From NCBI GenBank assembly GCA_963663965.2, contig CAXXFK010000010.1, positions 192,001 through 256,000 on the forward strand: a DNA stretch of 64,000 nucleotides, read 5' to 3'. The notes beneath the pieces are model-generated. The model had not been told where the DNA came from and ran no database searches. It worked only from the letters and a program-made list of their open reading frames with translations. Made by a program: the position numbers and the translations under genes. Source of the stretch: Sedimentisphaerales bacterium. GTDB lineage: Bacteria > Planctomycetota > Phycisphaerae > Sedimentisphaerales > SM23-30. Shown here piece after piece: positions 22,065-31,366 of the stretch (position 1 is its first letter; every line of letters begins with the position of its first letter).

Positions 22065-25000
22065 ATGATTACTCGAAATGCATCATTCGGTCATCTATTG
22101 AAAAAGCGCTGTCTGCTGATAATAATCCTGTTGTTGTTTCCTTGTCAATTGATCCAGGCGGCATTCCAAGATGATTTTGAAGCCGGGGTATTCAAATCAG
22201 ACTGGATTGCTAAAAACATTGCAACCATTGTACATAATCCGGGCCAGGGAGCAAATGGCAGTGATTATTATGTTCATATTACTGGCGCGGAGGCGAATGA
22301 AGAGACTCTAGGGGGCTATTTTGTGAATTCTTCCCCAGGCAACACTCCCAATTTTATTTTAAGTTTTTCCTTTCGTTTCACTGACACAAACCAGCGTCAA
22401 TTCAATGTGACTATCGGGCCACCGAACCTGGCAACCAATAACAATACCGGGTCTGATATATTCATTAATCTGGCCTATGATGGATCCGATAATCGATTTG
22501 AGGCCTATGCGGGAAGTTGGAAACCATTAACTGGCCTTCCCAACAACCTGACCTCAAACGACTGGCATTCAGTGGCAATCACCGGTCGGAACTTTGGCAC
22601 TGCCGGCGCGCAATATGACGTGGCTGTTGATGGCATAACCCAGACGGGAATTACTTATTTTCATGGCGCAGCTGCCGCGACCAGTTTACCAGTGGGTGGT
22701 TTCAATTTCAATGACCGCTTTGGCGATAATCCGGGATTTGACATCGATAATGTCCGGGTGGAAGTGCCCGGAACAATTCTGATCACTGAAACAAATGACA
22801 ACACTAAAGTCAAAGAAGCCGGAACAACTTCAGACACTTTCACTATTGCACCCGGCTCCCAACCTGAGGCTCCAGTGACTGTTGACCTCAATGTGCTTGA
22901 AAACCCTGCGCAAATTAATGTAACACCACACCAACTGGTCTTTACACCCTCGGACTTCACGGCGAAAACGATAACGGTAACAGCGGTGGATGATAATAAC
23001 ACCGAAGATTATTTCCATAACAGCACATTAACTTTCACGGTTAGCAGTGCAGATCCCGATTATCAGAACCTGAGCATTCCCGACTTGACGATGATTGTGG
23101 TGGATGATGAAAGCACCTATCGTTACCCATGTTTCAGCGGTATCTATCCCCATACTGCCGTAACGAACACCTCGAATGAATGCGGTATCGGTGCGGTTGT
23201 CAACTGGGCCAATAATCTATGGTATGTAACCTACGCGCCCCACGAACCCAGAGGCAGCACGGACAAATTTTATCAATTGGATGATGACCTGATGGTCACC
23301 ATCCGACCGGAAAGTATTGGCGGTACCCCCGCTAACCGGATGATCCATTCCGAATCGAATCAGTTGTTCATCGGATCCTATATCATTGATGAAGCAGGGA
23401 ACACACGTACCATACCGCTTACCCAAATGCCTGGACGAATGTCCGCGAATGCCCGTCACTTATTCGACCCCGCCAATAAGATCTATTATTATACCATGGA
23501 AGAAGGCCTCTACGAAGTTGATGTCCATACCCTGGAAGTCACTACCCTGCATCCGGATCGGAATACTCCCGGTGTGACAGACCTGATTCCGGGTAATCAC
23601 GGCAAAGGGGCTTATTCCGGCCAGGGCCGGCTGGTCATCTCTAACAATGGAACCGGAGGCGCCCTGGCAGAATGGGATGGTTCCGGCGATCCCGGTCTGG
23701 CATCCAGTTGGGTAATCATTGATCAAAATAAATATACCGATATCACCGGCCCCGGTGGAATTTATGGTAATACCAGCCGGGATGATCCACTTTGGGCGAT
23801 CGGATGGGATAACAAATCGGTTCTGCTGAATGTGTGTGATCACAATGGCCATTGGAAGCGATTCCGGCTGCCCAAAGCCAGTTATACCCATGATGCGGAT
23901 CATGGCTGGTTCACCGAATGGCCCAGAATTCGGCCGGCCGATCCCCAGACCCGTATGATGGATATGCATGGCATGTTTTATCGGTTCCCTGACAGTTTCA
24001 GCCATGATAACACGGCCGGTATCCAGCCATTAAGCACCCATCTGAAAATGGTTGTGGACTGGGAATATCGAAATGGCCGGCTAATCTGGGGATGCAATGA
24101 TGCCTCTCAATTCAGTAACCCGACAGTTGATAAAGCTTTATCCAATCTGCGTTTCACGACATTGGCCGAAATAGCCGACCTGGGCCGGCCCATGGGATTT
24201 GGCGGCCCCTGGATTCAGGATTCAATAGAAGCCAATGTTCCTTCTGAACCCATTTTCATCAATGGCTTTGACCATCGTGTCATTCATTTTACCCATGACA
24301 AAGGGCAACCGGTTCACTTTATGATTGAAGTGGATAAAAGCGGTACGGATTCATGGTCACCTCTGACAACAGTTACGGTCGAAGCGGATGGCTATGGCTA
24401 TTATATTTTACCGACGGATCTGTCAGCGGAATGGCTTCGCCTGAAGACGGATACCCCCATCCATTCAGCAACTGCCTATTTGCATTATTCATCCGACCAA
24501 CAGACTATCCAACCAAAATTGTTAGCCAGTTTGCCCCAAGCTAACGAAAAAGCATGTTATTCCACGGGCCTTATCCGAGGCAGAAATGTCAGTGAGCTGA
24601 CGTTACAATTTGCTGCTGATATGATCGATGCGGACGGCACGATTGCGAAAACCGGTTATTATGAAATTGGCGAAGATATGCGATTGATAGCTATCGATGC
24701 GCCAGATCGTGAAACCTGGCTGCGTAATACTCACCCGACAACTCAGGATTTTACTGTCGATGACGCCTCGGTTATTGTCACTTACCATGGAGAGAAATTC
24801 CGTTTACCGAAAAATGATCCTGCTTACGATTCACCCGGTCCATCCGGCTGGCCCCGCGGAATTCGGGAGCTAGTAACGGAACGACAGATGATGAATATTC
24901 ATGGAACCTTTTACGAACTGCCCTATAGCGCATCAGGCGGTATGTGGAAGATCCGGCCAATAACGACCCACAACCGGAAAATATTCGATTTCTGTTCCTG

Positions 25001-25586
25001 GCGCGGCATGCTGGTCATGTCGGGTAATTTTACTGACGCGCCTGATGATGACCACTATGTTCGCTCGACTGATGACAAAACCGGATTATGGTTTGGTAAT
25101 GTGGATGATCTTTATAACATGGGCATCCCTCGCGGTGTCGGCGGCCCCTGGAAAAATACCCCAGTGAAAGCCAATACCCCTTCATTACCGTATCTGATGA
25201 CCGGCTATGACAATAAAACCGTTGAGCTTTCACACAATCTCAGTGAAGCCGTTACTTTTACCCTGGAAGTAGATTTTCTGGGCGCCAATACCTGGTCGAG
25301 CTATAAGAGTATCAGCGTGCCTGCTGGAAAGATCGTCCGGCATGAATTTCCCGTCGGTTATAATGCCCACTGGATACGAATCAAAACGGATAAAGAATGC
25401 ACAGCTACGGCCTGGTTAATTTATAATCCACTATATACCGGCCAGGATGGCTTGAAAGATTTTATCCATCTGGCCAGGAATTGGCGCTGCAATTTTTGCA
25501 GTCCATTCAATGGCGCAGACCTGAATTTTGATGGACAAGTCAATATGTCCGATTTTGTTCGGTTACTTAATTTCTGGCTGACCTAA
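22065..25586 (+). CDS. Large secreted protein: lectin-like and Calx-beta/Ig-like N-terminus, ~800-aa conserved uncharacterised (beta-propeller-like) region, dockerin-like C-terminus
   Basis: AAGGAG upstream of ATG 22065; signal peptide; 'SGIYPH...ECGIGAVV.WA..LW..TY.PH.P.GS.DK' block; ends DLNFDGQVNMSDFVRLLNFWLT. Confidence 0.75.
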   Translation: MITRNASFGHLLKKRCLLIIILLLFPCQLIQAAFQDDFEAGVFKSDWIAKNIATIVHNPGQGANGSDYYVHITGAEANEETLGGYFVNSSPGNTPNFILSFSFRFTDTNQRQFNVTIGPPNLATNNNTGSDIFINLAYDGSDNRFEAYAGSWKPLTGLPNNLTSNDWHSVAITGRNFGTAGAQYDVAVDGITQTGITYFHGAAAATSLPVGGFNFNDRFGDNPGFDIDNVRVEVPGTILITETNDNTKVKEAGTTSDTFTIAPGSQPEAPVTVDLNVLENPAQINVTPHQLVFTPSDFTAKTITVTAVDDNNTEDYFHNSTLTFTVSSADPDYQNLSIPDLTMIVVDDESTYRYPCFSGIYPHTAVTNTSNECGIGAVVNWANNLWYVTYAPHEPRGSTDKFYQLDDDLMVTIRPESIGGTPANRMIHSESNQLFIGSYIIDEAGNTRTIPLTQMPGRMSANARHLFDPANKIYYYTMEEGLYEVDVHTLEVTTLHPDRNTPGVTDLIPGNHGKGAYSGQGRLVISNNGTGGALAEWDGSGDPGLASSWVIIDQNKYTDITGPGGIYGNTSRDDPLWAIGWDNKSVLLNVCDHNGHWKRFRLPKASYTHDADHGWFTEWPRIRPADPQTRMMDMHGMFYRFPDSFSHDNTAGIQPLSTHLKMVVDWEYRNGRLIWGCNDASQFSNPTVDKALSNLRFTTLAEIADLGRPMGFGGPWIQDSIEANVPSEPIFINGFDHRVIHFTHDKGQPVHFMIEVDKSGTDSWSPLTTVTVEADGYGYYILPTDLSAEWLRLKTDTPIHSATAYLHYSSDQQTIQPKLLASLPQANEKACYSTGLIRGRNVSELTLQFAADMIDADGTIAKTGYYEIGEDMRLIAIDAPDRETWLRNTHPTTQDFTVDDASVIVTYHGEKFRLPKNDPAYDSPGPSGWPRGIRELVTERQMMNIHGTFYELPYSASGGMWKIRPITTHNRKIFDFCSWRGMLVMSGNFTDAPDDDHYVRSTDDKTGLWFGNVDDLYNMGIPRGVGGPWKNTPVKANTPSLPYLMTGYDNKTVELSHNLSEAVTFTLEVDFLGANTWSSYKSISVPAGKIVRHEFPVGYNAHWIRIKTDKECTATAWLIYNPLYTGQDGLKDFIHLARNWRCNFCSPFNGADLNFDGQVNMSDFVRLLNFWLT

Positions 25587-25648
25587 CTGCCATGATTGAA
25601 AATATCCGTTTTGGAAATCCAGATGCGTTGTAATTAACCGAGATTTAA

Positions 25649-25810
25649 GGGTACCTCTAAATATTGCTTTAGAGGCGAGAGCAAGAATGGTTTTTCTCTG
25701 GCAAGGAACAAAGAACCGGGCATATTTGACGATATTCACGGTTTTTTTGTGACGCAGCCCAGAGGAAAACCAGACTGCTTGCAGCCCTGAATGAATTTTT
25801 AGAGGTTCCC
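25649..25810. mobile_element. 162-bp MITE-like element
   Basis: Terminal inverted repeats GGG(T/A)ACCTCTAAA(T/A)A, flanked by TTAA on both sides (25645-48, 25811-14); long internal stem (TGGTTTTTCTCTGG / CCAGAGGAAAACCA); no ORF. Confidence 0.8.
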
Positions 25811-27247
25811 TTAATATGAAGTTTCAGCATTCCAGGGTTTTACTGGAAATGAATCTTCCGTTTTATTTTTCCAGATCTCAATTTCAGCCAATAGATCATT
25901 TTTTATTACTTGATAATCCGGCTGACTGATTAAATTATCCATTTCATAAGGGTCCGTTTTCAAATCATACAGCTTCACCGGTGTCTGATTGACGCCATCT
26001 CCTTCAATTACCAGTTTATAATCTCCTTTGACCACGGCCCGCCACTGATCCTGTACCCCGCCGTAGATGGATTCATCTGGCAAGCCGGCTTCAGACAACG
26101 CCGCAGATTTATCCTTGCCCGTGCAAGTTTTTGGCGCTTCCAAACCACAGAGCGATAACAGCGTAGGCATTAAATCAGCGGAACTGATTAGATGCTCTAC
26201 AAACTGTCCAGATTTGATTTTGCCGGGTAGTCGCATTAATAAAGGCACATGCCAGGATTCTTCTTCAGGCTCGCCCTTATAGGTCAGATTATGCGATTGA
26301 TGCAAATCGCCATGATCCGCGCTAAAAACGACCAGAGTATTGTCCGCCAGTCCTTCTTTTTCCAGTGCATCCATTAAGCGACCAAATTCAAAATCCATCG
26401 CCGTACAATGCGCGAAATAATCTTTAAGACTATTTTTCGCAGCACTGACCTTATCCGCCGGCACATTCGGCCGCACGACAATATCAGAGGCGTTATAGGT
26501 ATATTCCTCCGGATGGTCAGCATAGGGAGTATGCGGCGGCCCCCAGGAAAGAAAACAGAAAAACGGCTGTTTTTTGCTCTGCTTGATAAACTGAATAGCC
26601 AGATCAGTTTGAAAAGCCGGTTCATAGGTATTGCCCGGATAAAGCCCCAGCGTGCTCATCTCCACACCTTCATTGGTCATCATAAAGGAATTGGAATACC
26701 AGTAATTATGACCCCGATTGAAACCCTCAAAGGTGGTAAATCCCCGCCGGTGCCAATCTCTGGGAACATAGCCATTGGGATACGTCTTGCCGGCGCCATT
26801 CATATGCCATTTGCCGATATAATGACAATTATATCCGGCTTCCGTGAATTCATGGGCAATACAGCGCTCTGAAGGTGGCAACATCAGGTCATTGGCATTC
26901 ATACCGGTCTGCCAGGGCCATCGGCCGGTAATAAGGGCTGAACGATTGGGAGTACAGACCGGATGGGTGGCATAACAGCGTGTCCAGTGAGCCCCCTGTT
27001 TGGAAAATCGATCAAGATGAGGCGTACGGACCACCTTATCGTGGTTGTAGCCATGTCCAAGCGCGCAAAATCGCCACTGGTCGGCCAGCACGAAAAGTAA
27101 ATTGAAACGCCGGGGCCCCAATCGTAACTGTAAACCATGGTTCGAGATATCCAGACCGGCCGCATATGAGGTAATCCCGGTTGAAGCAACCGAAATAGTT
27201 AACGACAACTGTTTGATAAATTCACGTCGATTCAAAATAGTCTCCAA
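25811..27247 (-). CDS. S1 (formylglycine-dependent) sulfatase, Tat-type leader
   Basis: CTPNR (CxPxR) motif, ADQ, GKWH, ADHG; RREF twin-arginine leader. Confidence 0.93.
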   Translation of the reverse strand: METILNRREFIKQLSLTISVASTGITSYAAGLDISNHGLQLRLGPRRFNLLFVLADQWRFCALGHGYNHDKVVRTPHLDRFSKQGAHWTRCYATHPVCTPNRSALITGRWPWQTGMNANDLMLPPSERCIAHEFTEAGYNCHYIGKWHMNGAGKTYPNGYVPRDWHRRGFTTFEGFNRGHNYWYSNSFMMTNEGVEMSTLGLYPGNTYEPAFQTDLAIQFIKQSKKQPFFCFLSWGPPHTPYADHPEEYTYNASDIVVRPNVPADKVSAAKNSLKDYFAHCTAMDFEFGRLMDALEKEGLADNTLVVFSADHGDLHQSHNLTYKGEPEEESWHVPLLMRLPGKIKSGQFVEHLISSADLMPTLLSLCGLEAPKTCTGKDKSAALSEAGLPDESIYGGVQDQWRAVVKGDYKLVIEGDGVNQTPVKLYDLKTDPYEMDNLISQPDYQVIKNDLLAEIEIWKNKTEDSFPVKPWNAETSY

Positions 27248-27253
27248 AAATAA

Positions 27254-28711
27254 TCAACCTTGATAATCCGGATTCGCCTGTGTGGGAATAGGCGCGTTAA
27301 CGGCTTGCTGCCAGGCGATCAGTTCATTAAGCAATTCATCACGTTTGGTTTTATTGATACCGGCCAGATTATGCCGTTCGGAAAGATCACTGGCCAGATG
27401 GTAAAGCTCAATAGCATTATTACTGTCAATCGTCTCCCAGCCACCATCAAGAATCCATTCTTCAAAGTACATCAACAGCTTCCAGTCACCTTTACGGATG
27501 ACACTGACCGGGCGGGTACGAAAAATGGGATCACGGGCGTCTTCCATTCCCCCGCTGTATTTTTCCAGATAGCCGGGAAAATGCCAGAAAAGCGACTGGC
27601 GTGGCAGCGTCTGGCCGCCTTTAAACAGATCCAGGATACTTAACCCATCCAGCAGTTTCCCTTTGGGAGGCATGATACCCGCGATTTCGAGGAAGGTTGG
27701 ATAAAAATCGGTACTGATCACCGGCACATCACAGGATGTGGATGGTTTAATTATGCCCGGCCAGCGTACGACCATGGGTTCGCGAATCCCTCCTTCATAA
27801 AACATCCCCTTGGAACCACGCAAGGGAGCCATACAGGTTTTGGGGCCATAGCCACCATTATCGGAAAAGAAGAATACCACCGTTCGATCTGTCAGGTTCA
27901 GTTGATCGAGCTTGAGCATAATCCGCCCCACGCTTTCATCGACACTGTGAATCATGGCGGCATAAGGTGGATCGCTATGACAACCGTCAGGGGTTCGATC
28001 CTGATAAAGCTGAATGATCTCAGTTTTGGCTTCAATTGGAGTATGGACCGCGTGATGGGCCAGATAAAGGAAGAAAGGACGGTTTTTATTTTTTTCAATG
28101 AATGTTTCCGCTTCCTCAGTAAACTGATCGGTCAGATAATCCCCGTTCGGCAAAAAATGTTTAACATTACTGCCGTAATCATCCCGGTCGATCTCCCAGT
28201 CAAAACCCTGTACAATCGGATCGGTACCAATATGCCATTTTCCAATAGCCGCGGAAGTATACCCCGCCGGCCTCAACGCTTCAGCCATCGTTACATTTTC
28301 AGCCGGTACGGTCTTATTGTTTTCAACAGGAATCAGGCGCCGATCTTTGGAGTTGCCTCGCGCGGAAGAATCGACGGTGAAAACACCATGACGGGGAACA
28401 TACTGACCGGTGAGCAGACAAGCCCGGGTTGGAGCGCAATTGGCCGCGTTGGCATAGGCGTTGGTAAATATCATGCCCTGACCGGCCAGTTTATCGATGT
28501 TGGGCGTTCGATAATATTTGCTGCCCATATAGCTGACATCTTTCCAGCCCAGATCATCGATTAGAATAAAAATAATATTGGGACGCTTAGATTGAAATCG
28601 TAATTCAAGTTTCTGGTTTTTAACCGCCAATGCCGCACTGGCAATGCCCGATCCGAATAGCGCGGTAATACCCGCCTGGAAGCTGTTTGTCAGGAATTGT
28701 CTGCGATTCAT
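27254..28711 (-). CDS. S1 sulfatase (arylsulfatase A-like), Tat-type leader
   Basis: PNIIFILIDDLG, CAPTR, GKWH, SDNG, YEGGIR; RRQFL leader. Confidence 0.95.
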   Translation of the reverse strand: MNRRQFLTNSFQAGITALFGSGIASAALAVKNQKLELRFQSKRPNIIFILIDDLGWKDVSYMGSKYYRTPNIDKLAGQGMIFTNAYANAANCAPTRACLLTGQYVPRHGVFTVDSSARGNSKDRRLIPVENNKTVPAENVTMAEALRPAGYTSAAIGKWHIGTDPIVQGFDWEIDRDDYGSNVKHFLPNGDYLTDQFTEEAETFIEKNKNRPFFLYLAHHAVHTPIEAKTEIIQLYQDRTPDGCHSDPPYAAMIHSVDESVGRIMLKLDQLNLTDRTVVFFFSDNGGYGPKTCMAPLRGSKGMFYEGGIREPMVVRWPGIIKPSTSCDVPVISTDFYPTFLEIAGIMPPKGKLLDGLSILDLFKGGQTLPRQSLFWHFPGYLEKYSGGMEDARDPIFRTRPVSVIRKGDWKLLMYFEEWILDGGWETIDSNNAIELYHLASDLSERHNLAGINKTKRDELLNELIAWQQAVNAPIPTQANPDYQG

Positions 28712-28743
28712 ATAGGATCCTGAATGATGAATAGATTTTGTGC

Positions 28744-31266
28744 TTAAGGCCAGAGTTGCGTGGACAGCCAGTGTTCCATCATATCAATGAAATCTGGCAG
28801 ATTGACATGTCCATTGTTATCAATATCCGATTGAGTATAAACCGGAACGATTGGCTGGTTGACCGAACCTCCATCAGGATAGGCCAGACCAACGATTTCC
28901 GAATGGTTTAACACCCGGTTATAAAGTCGCAAATCATCCAGCCAGACCTGAGTATCCTTGCCATCAAGCCCGATGGTCGTGATCCCTGCCACACCATCCA
29001 AAGTTAAAGTGGCATCTGAATTACGGGCTACCAGGATACCATGATGATAAATGGCTAATTCACCGGATTGGGTATCTTTGACAAGTGTATAATGATTCCA
29101 GTCCGGACCATAAGCAGAGACATCGGGCAGCAGCCAGTTAACCGTATCCCAGTTATAAAGGCTATTCGTTGCAGGAACTGGACCGACATAAGCCGAAACC
29201 TGCTCAACGGACTCCGGATAATCGTCAGCCAGTCCTTTGATCCAGAAACTCAGAGTAAAATCTGACTCGATTCCCTCAAAAACCGTTACCGGTAACTGGA
29301 TCTCACAATTATTTTCTAAAAGAACACACCCGTTTCCGTCGACTCCTCCAGTTTGCCAATGGGATGCCATCGTGCCTGGGATAATATCAGCATGCCGGGC
29401 ATTGAGTGAACTGTCATGAGCAACATCACCGGTTATTTCATTAAACCGGTACCAGGCCTGCAAACCAGAACTGGATGGCGCCATAGACTGAACCTGATAA
29501 TCCGCCAACAGCCAATCAGAAATGAGCATTTCCAAATCCAGCATATCGATTTGGCAATCCTGATTCAGATCAACCGCCACTCGATGCTGCGCCAGGCACC
29601 GTCTGGGATAAAGGGTAATATCATCAAAATAAACCTGCCCTGTCCCACCAGGCGATTGACCGGTTCCAATCCCAACCGCCATGGCAGTCACATGAGCCAG
29701 ATCCAGACCGGCTTGCGTAAAAGAAGCCAGCGGTAACTCACAAGTCTGCCATTCATCACGATTAACAGAAATATCGAAGACATTAACCGTAACAGTCTGG
29801 CTCAGGTCTTCTAGGGTAATATAAATTGGCTCATTATCGTTATTCGGGTGACCAAGCATCAATAAACTCACTGCTTTCATCGGGGTATGAAGCCAGTCAC
29901 GGGGCGATTCAAATTGACAGGTAGTTTCAGATCGATAGGGAGCACTTTGATTATCGTAATCTAACCGAATAGAACCATAAATACTCAGTTGAATCTGTGA
30001 ATTGGAGCCATTGGAACTGCCATCATCCCAAGTGGTCATAAGCGATTCGTTATCTATGTACGAATGGAAATCTTCGATGAGTTGATATTCCGGAATCCTT
30101 TGCGTTCTGAAAGACCAGACTGGTCCCGGATATTCCTGACCATTCTGGTGAATATCAATCCGCCAGTAATAAAGCGTATCATAATTAAGCAATTCATTCG
30201 ATGGAGCATAACTGGTTTCGGAACCAGTAACTGCTCCCAGCAGCACATCGGAACAGGCAGAATCTGTTCCGATATTGATATCAAAAGTTGCATTAACTGT
30301 ATTGACGGTTTGCCAGGATAAAGCAGTAAAAGGATCAATATCCTGACTGGTATCAGCGGGTTGGGGATTAATGGCTAGTGGAGTTGTCGGTATCAACGTA
30401 ATTTTAATATAACCGTCGGCAGCACCCGAAACGCTCTGGGCTTGATATTCAATATCGAAAGTATGTCCCTGGGTATTCACAATCTGGCCGAATGACGCTG
30501 GCCCGCCGCCATCCAGATTAATGATATCGTTTATCCCGCTGAAAAGGATCCAACTGTCACCAAACTGATAATTCCCTGCCAGGGTGATCTCTAATATTGA
30601 GTTCTGCCCCAGATAAAGCGGATACCCATCGGGATCGCCATTCGTTAATGTCGCCACCTTAGATCCGCTGATGACAAATGCCACCGTTCCATTGGAATGT
30701 ACCGCCATAATGTCTTTAGGAGCGGTTGCTACGGCGTCAGGATACCAGGTTAGTTTGCCGTTGATCACTTCGGCGCCTTTGATTGAATTCAGCCAGCCAC
30801 CGTCATAAACATTGACAAATCCCTGTCCACCGTATTGGTCACCGATAAAGATAAATGAACCCCCTCCCCGGGCATCCAGCGTACCATAAATTTCCGCATA
30901 GCCAACCGAGTTGGCTCCAACACCAATCTGGATATCTTCTCCGGAATTTCCTTTATAGACTTCGTGGCCGGCGTTCACGATTAAAGTGCCAATGGTTCCG
31001 TCCAGCCCAATAATAATATCTATATCCGGCTGATCGCCGGCTCCAAATGAAGCCGTGGTACTTGCCGTCAATCCGTTTTTTATGACCAGATCGTAATCAT
31101 CCCCATTTTGACTCGGCTGAGGTAATCCATTGGTCCAGTTGGCCGGATCATTAAAATTCTGATCCCCCTGGCTGTTGGTGAATATTGAAGCCGAATAGAG
31201 CTGTGAGCCAATTCCCGCCATCAACAAACATAAGAGACATCGAAAGGTCATGATTGAATGATTCAT
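28744..31266 (-). CDS. Secreted protein with beta-helix-like N-terminus, FN3-like and CBM-like domains, LamG jelly-roll and split dockerin-like motifs
   Basis: Signal peptide from ATG 31266; YYWRID...GPVWSF; LamG 'FTLSFW...WNHY...LDDLRLYNRVL'. Confidence 0.8.
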   Translation of the reverse strand: MNHSIMTFRCLLCLLMAGIGSQLYSASIFTNSQGDQNFNDPANWTNGLPQPSQNGDDYDLVIKNGLTASTTASFGAGDQPDIDIIIGLDGTIGTLIVNAGHEVYKGNSGEDIQIGVGANSVGYAEIYGTLDARGGGSFIFIGDQYGGQGFVNVYDGGWLNSIKGAEVINGKLTWYPDAVATAPKDIMAVHSNGTVAFVISGSKVATLTNGDPDGYPLYLGQNSILEITLAGNYQFGDSWILFSGINDIINLDGGGPASFGQIVNTQGHTFDIEYQAQSVSGAADGYIKITLIPTTPLAINPQPADTSQDIDPFTALSWQTVNTVNATFDINIGTDSACSDVLLGAVTGSETSYAPSNELLNYDTLYYWRIDIHQNGQEYPGPVWSFRTQRIPEYQLIEDFHSYIDNESLMTTWDDGSSNGSNSQIQLSIYGSIRLDYDNQSAPYRSETTCQFESPRDWLHTPMKAVSLLMLGHPNNDNEPIYITLEDLSQTVTVNVFDISVNRDEWQTCELPLASFTQAGLDLAHVTAMAVGIGTGQSPGGTGQVYFDDITLYPRRCLAQHRVAVDLNQDCQIDMLDLEMLISDWLLADYQVQSMAPSSSGLQAWYRFNEITGDVAHDSSLNARHADIIPGTMASHWQTGGVDGNGCVLLENNCEIQLPVTVFEGIESDFTLSFWIKGLADDYPESVEQVSAYVGPVPATNSLYNWDTVNWLLPDVSAYGPDWNHYTLVKDTQSGELAIYHHGILVARNSDATLTLDGVAGITTIGLDGKDTQVWLDDLRLYNRVLNHSEIVGLAYPDGGSVNQPIVPVYTQSDIDNNGHVNLPDFIDMMEHWLSTQLWP

Positions 31267-31366
31267 TATTCCCCTTAGATAAATAGAAGACACAAAAGAG
31301 ATTACTTCAGCCATATTGGACCAGGCCAAAGTAATCTCAATTTTTTGCCAGATTCATCCACATCTC

